From the NCBI GenBank assembly GCA_038087875.1, contig CM075999.1, forward strand, positions 2,048,001 through 2,112,000: DNA of 64,000 nt. Reading direction: 5' to 3'. The notes below the pieces were generated by a model. The model was not told the origin of the DNA and searched no databases. It saw nothing but the letters and a program-made list of their open reading frames with translations. The position numbers and the translations under genes are program-made. The number at the start of each line of letters is the position of its first letter. Positions within the stretch are counted from its first letter, which is position 1. Source of the stretch: Malacoraja senta (Eukaryota). Shown in pieces: positions 60,170 through 64,000 of this stretch.

Positions 60170-60395
60170 TCCAGCATTTTTCGGTGTTCATTTTAGATTA
60201 GTGACAGCTGAAAAAAGAATTGGGAACAAGATGAAGAAGGAAGCCAAGGATGGGGATTGTTTGGACGTGAGCCTCGCTGCCCGCACCGACACTGGAATGA
60301 GATTTAAAAATAAACCTCCAAAAGAAAATTTGATAGGAACCGGCAAGGGAAAGGATTGTGCGGCATGGTGGCGCAGCGGTAGAGTTGCTGCCTTA

Positions 60396-60746
60396 AGGCC
60401 GTGTCCCACGAGCATGCGACTGCATGCGGCGAGTGCGACCAAACGAGTGAGTGACGTGAAGTTCGAGTGAAGTTCGCGCGTGACGTACGGCGTCGAGACG
60501 CTGCGCACACCCGTCGAGGCGGTGCGTACGGCGTAGATGCGGCTGCGGGCCGGCAGGCCGTTGCCGTGCGGAATTTTTGAACACGGTCAGTTTTTCGGAG
60601 CCCCGCGCGATGTCGGGACCAGCTCCGCACAACTCCATACGGCTCCGGCGATCGAAGTGGGACCGGCCCCGCGAGGCCGTACGGCTCAGGCGACCACGTT
60701 AGGTCGTGCTTGCCGCATGCAGTCGCATGCTCGTGGGACAGGGCCT
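60396..60746. mobile_element. PIF/Harbinger-type MITE inserted in an HE1 SINE head
   Basis: TTA TSD (60393-60395 and 60747-60749) splits GCTGCCTTACAGCG; ~35-bp TIR. Confidence 0.88.
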
Positions 60747-63327
60747 TTACAGCGCTTGCACTGCCAGGCACTCGGGTTCGATCCTGACTACGGGTGCTGT
60801 CTGTACGGAGTTTGTACGTTCTCCCCGTGACCTGCGCGGGTTTTCTCCGGGATCTTTGGTTTTCTCCCGCACTCCAAAGGCTTGTAGGTCGGTATAAGTG
60901 TAAATTGTCCCTAGTGTGTGTCGGGTGGTGTTAGTGTGCGTGGATGGTGTGGGCTCGGAGGGCCGAAGGGCCTGTTTCCACGCTGTATCACAAAACTAAA
61001 CTAAATATGCAGGGCCCCGGCATGATGTTTTGTGCGGCTAATTCTACGTCTTTCAAAGAACCAAGGCAGATACAATAATTTAATGGTGGTCTATCCACTC
61101 CAAACCTATCCACAAATCCATGATTCTAACCCAACAACGGTTTCATACAACAAAAGGTATTTCTGATATTGGCTCCAAATTTATTATTCACAAACCTTTC
61201 CTACATTCCTTAGGCCTTTTTGTTCTCAAACATTATAATTCCTCAAGATTATTTACCTTTTCTGTGGTTCCTTGGCTCCAGTTGTCAAGTCTGGAAAGTT
61301 TTAAATTCCTCCAAACTTTCACTTCTCTCGCACAGTATCGGTTTGCTTGATCTATTCTGCACAGCTGCCAGGCCTGGATGATTTTCAGATGTTATTTTCA
61401 TTGTTATTCTTTCACAGGAAGATGTGTCTGGCAGATATCGCTCATCCTTCACACCGGATAGGACACAAAATGCTGGAGTAACTCAGCGGGTTAAGGCAGC
61501 GTCTCTGGTGTCGAGTCGAGACCCTTCTTCAGAACGAGAGTCAGGGGAAAGGGGAAAGAGAGATATTAGACGGTCTTCTTCTTTCGTGTCCATTTTCCAC
61601 GTTTCAAATGTTGGCCTCGCTGTCATCGTCCGTCCTGAAAAGGACGCGAGCTTCCGGCGACAATCAGTGGGAGCCATCACTTGTCGCAGTAGATGATGGT
61701 GGTAGCGGAATTAGCTCTGGATACGTCCAGTTTCCAGCCCCGTGACGTGGACGCTTCTGCTATGGGGCCGTATAGACGGTGATATAGAGCGATATAGAAC
61801 AAATGAACAAAAGTCTGAAGAAATCTCCCTAATATTGTCTGGGCCAACAATGGAGCATTGTGGGCTCCACCTTTCCTGAGTCATCGATGCTGGTTTCCCC
61901 CTCCCTGAATCTCAATTTGATGAAGGGTCTCGGCACGAAACGTCACCTTTTCCATTTCTCCACGGATGCTGCCTGACCCGCTGAGTTACTGCGTCTATCC
62001 TGGGTGTAAACCAGCACCTGCAGTTCCTTCTTACTCAGTGTGGCTTGTCTGATGGATCAATTATGTTAGTGATTCTCCCTGGCTGTTTAATATTGACGTT
62101 CTGTCACCGAGGTATGAATACACATTCAGATCGCAGGTTTGTCTTTAGCTTAATAGGCCAAGATATGTAGTTATTGATGAAGTTGAGGACAGGTAGTCAA
62201 TCGCAAGTGTCAGACCCCTGGACAGGACCCTCACGGTTGCCGATACACACACGCATACAGCTTCTCAATACTCCCAGAGATTCAATGAAATTCTATTGAG
62301 ATCAGTTCAGATAAAATTGTGTCACAAAGTTGGTCTGTAAGGAATCCTATACCAGGATTGATGGACCAATAAAACCAATGTGAAATGCACGCAGTTTGGT
62401 GAACATAATTTTAGAGTGCGCGTGACTCCAAATATCGGATGATTTTGTTTTAATGGATGAATGCTCCTGATTCACTTGTCAGAGCTCTCTCTTGATCAGC
62501 ATCCCACCCGCAAGCTGATGTTGTTTTAGTGTTGTTTAGTTTAGTTTAGAGATAGAGTGCAGAAACAGGCCCGTCGACCAGCGATCCCCGCACGCTAACG
62601 CTATCCTACACACACTGGGGGTTCCCTGTGGCTATGAAACTGTACAACTCCTCCCCCTTCTGTCGTGGGGTAGATTGAGACTGACTCTCCCCCCCCCCCC
62701 CCCACCCCAACCTTTGCACATCCCCCAATCCTTTCCCCTCGTAACTTTAATTTCCTGTTTCATGTATTTTGTGTTTTTGTGTCTGTTGGCAGACCAATTT
62801 CCCTCCTGGGATAAACAAAGTTCTATCGTATCCTATCGTGTCGTATTGCGGTGCTGGCTCGAAGGGCCGAATGGCCTCCTCCTGCACCTATTTTCTATTT
62901 TCTATGTTTCTATCCTATCCTACATCTGTCTATTGTGGACAGCTTGAATGAAATCATATATATTCTTGTCTTTGACTGGATAGTCTGCAGACAAAGGCTT
63001 TTCTCTGTAGCTTGGTACATGTGGCAAACTAACAAAACGAAATAATAAACTGTAGCTGAGCCCTTCAAACCAACGCAGCGTCATCAGTCTTGGATCATAG
63101 AAGCTGTTGATTAAATCCATGTAAGGATTTGTGTTTACCCCACTCCAGCTAGATATCTCATTCATCATTGTTACTTTAGCTGGTGATAGTTCAGCTTTGG
63201 GCCCTTCGGCCTGGAGTGTCTAGTTTAGTTTAGTTTAGAGATACAGCGTGGAAACAGGCCCTTCAGCCCATCCAGTCCATGTTAGCCATTGATCACCCAA
63301 TTCACTAGTTCTATGTTATCAAGTTTA

Positions 63328-63555
63328 AGGCCCTGTCCCACTTTTACCACCTAATTCACGACCTTTTTTACTCGTGGACATTTTTCATCAGGCTAGAAAA
63401 ACGCCCCGACCTACTTGATGCCACGAGTACCTACGACTAGCATCACGACCTACCTACGACCCACCTACGACCTCGTGACGACCATGCTGCGAGTATGAGT
63501 CAAGGGCAAACTCGGCAGAGGTGGTGAATTTGGTCGTGAAAGTGGGACCGGCCCT
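63328..63555. mobile_element. PIF/Harbinger-type MITE
   Basis: TIR AGGCCCTGTCCCACTTT / AAAGTGGGACCGGCCCT; flanks TTA and TTC. Confidence 0.75.
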
Positions 63556-64000
63556 TTCGCATCCTGCAGTTTACAGAAGACAATAAGCCTACAAACCTGC
63601 GCATCCTTGCAATGTGGGAGGAAACCAGAGAACACGGGTCACGGGGAGAACGTGCAAACTCCGTACAGACAGCACCTGAAGTCAGGATGGAACCCGGGCT
63701 CTGCAGATGCTGGTTCACACCGAAGATAGACGCGAAATGCTGGAGTAACTCAGCGGGACGGACGGGCAGCGTCTCTGGAGAGAAGGAATGGGTGACGTTT
63801 CGGGTCCAGACCCTTCTTCAGACTTCTTTCACACTTGCCTGGGATCGCTCCCACCGCGACCACCGCGGACTTTACCATCAAGAGCTGGCAGTCTTCGGGA
63901 GAGGCTGAGTCGGGAGCTCCAAGGTCGCGGGAGGTTCGACCAGCCCCGACGCGAGGATCGATCGTCCAGCGCGGGGGAGCTGACATTCCCCCCCCCCGAT

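Overview
Repeat-dense vertebrate genomic DNA, most likely from a cartilaginous fish (skate/ray). This is inferred from the HE1-like V-SINE / HER1-CR1 LINE repeat complement. There are two 200-N scaffold gaps. No host protein-coding gene could be recognised, so the window reads as intronic or intergenic; almost all listed ORFs come from mobile elements or simple repeats. Main contents: (1) a structurally complete but decayed 4.67-kb DIRS1-type tyrosine-recombinase retrotransposon, whose empty target site survives in a paralogous segment about 12.4 kb downstream; (2) a 5'-truncated L1 with a 13-bp TSD nested in two other retroposons; (3) many CR1, Rex1/Babar and HE1 copies; (4) five PIF/Harbinger-type MITEs sharing one TIR; (5) a Tigger/MER47-like mini-MITE; (6) a 2.37-kb tandem duplication running into a gap, plus several minisatellites. 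The most notable signal is a dense population of Penelope-like (PLE) remnants carrying minimal hammerhead-ribozyme motifs. These include a fold-back, TSD-flanked non-autonomous element that folds back at the ribozyme core and shows independent tandem expansions of the ribozyme segment. Family names come from recognised motifs, not database searches.
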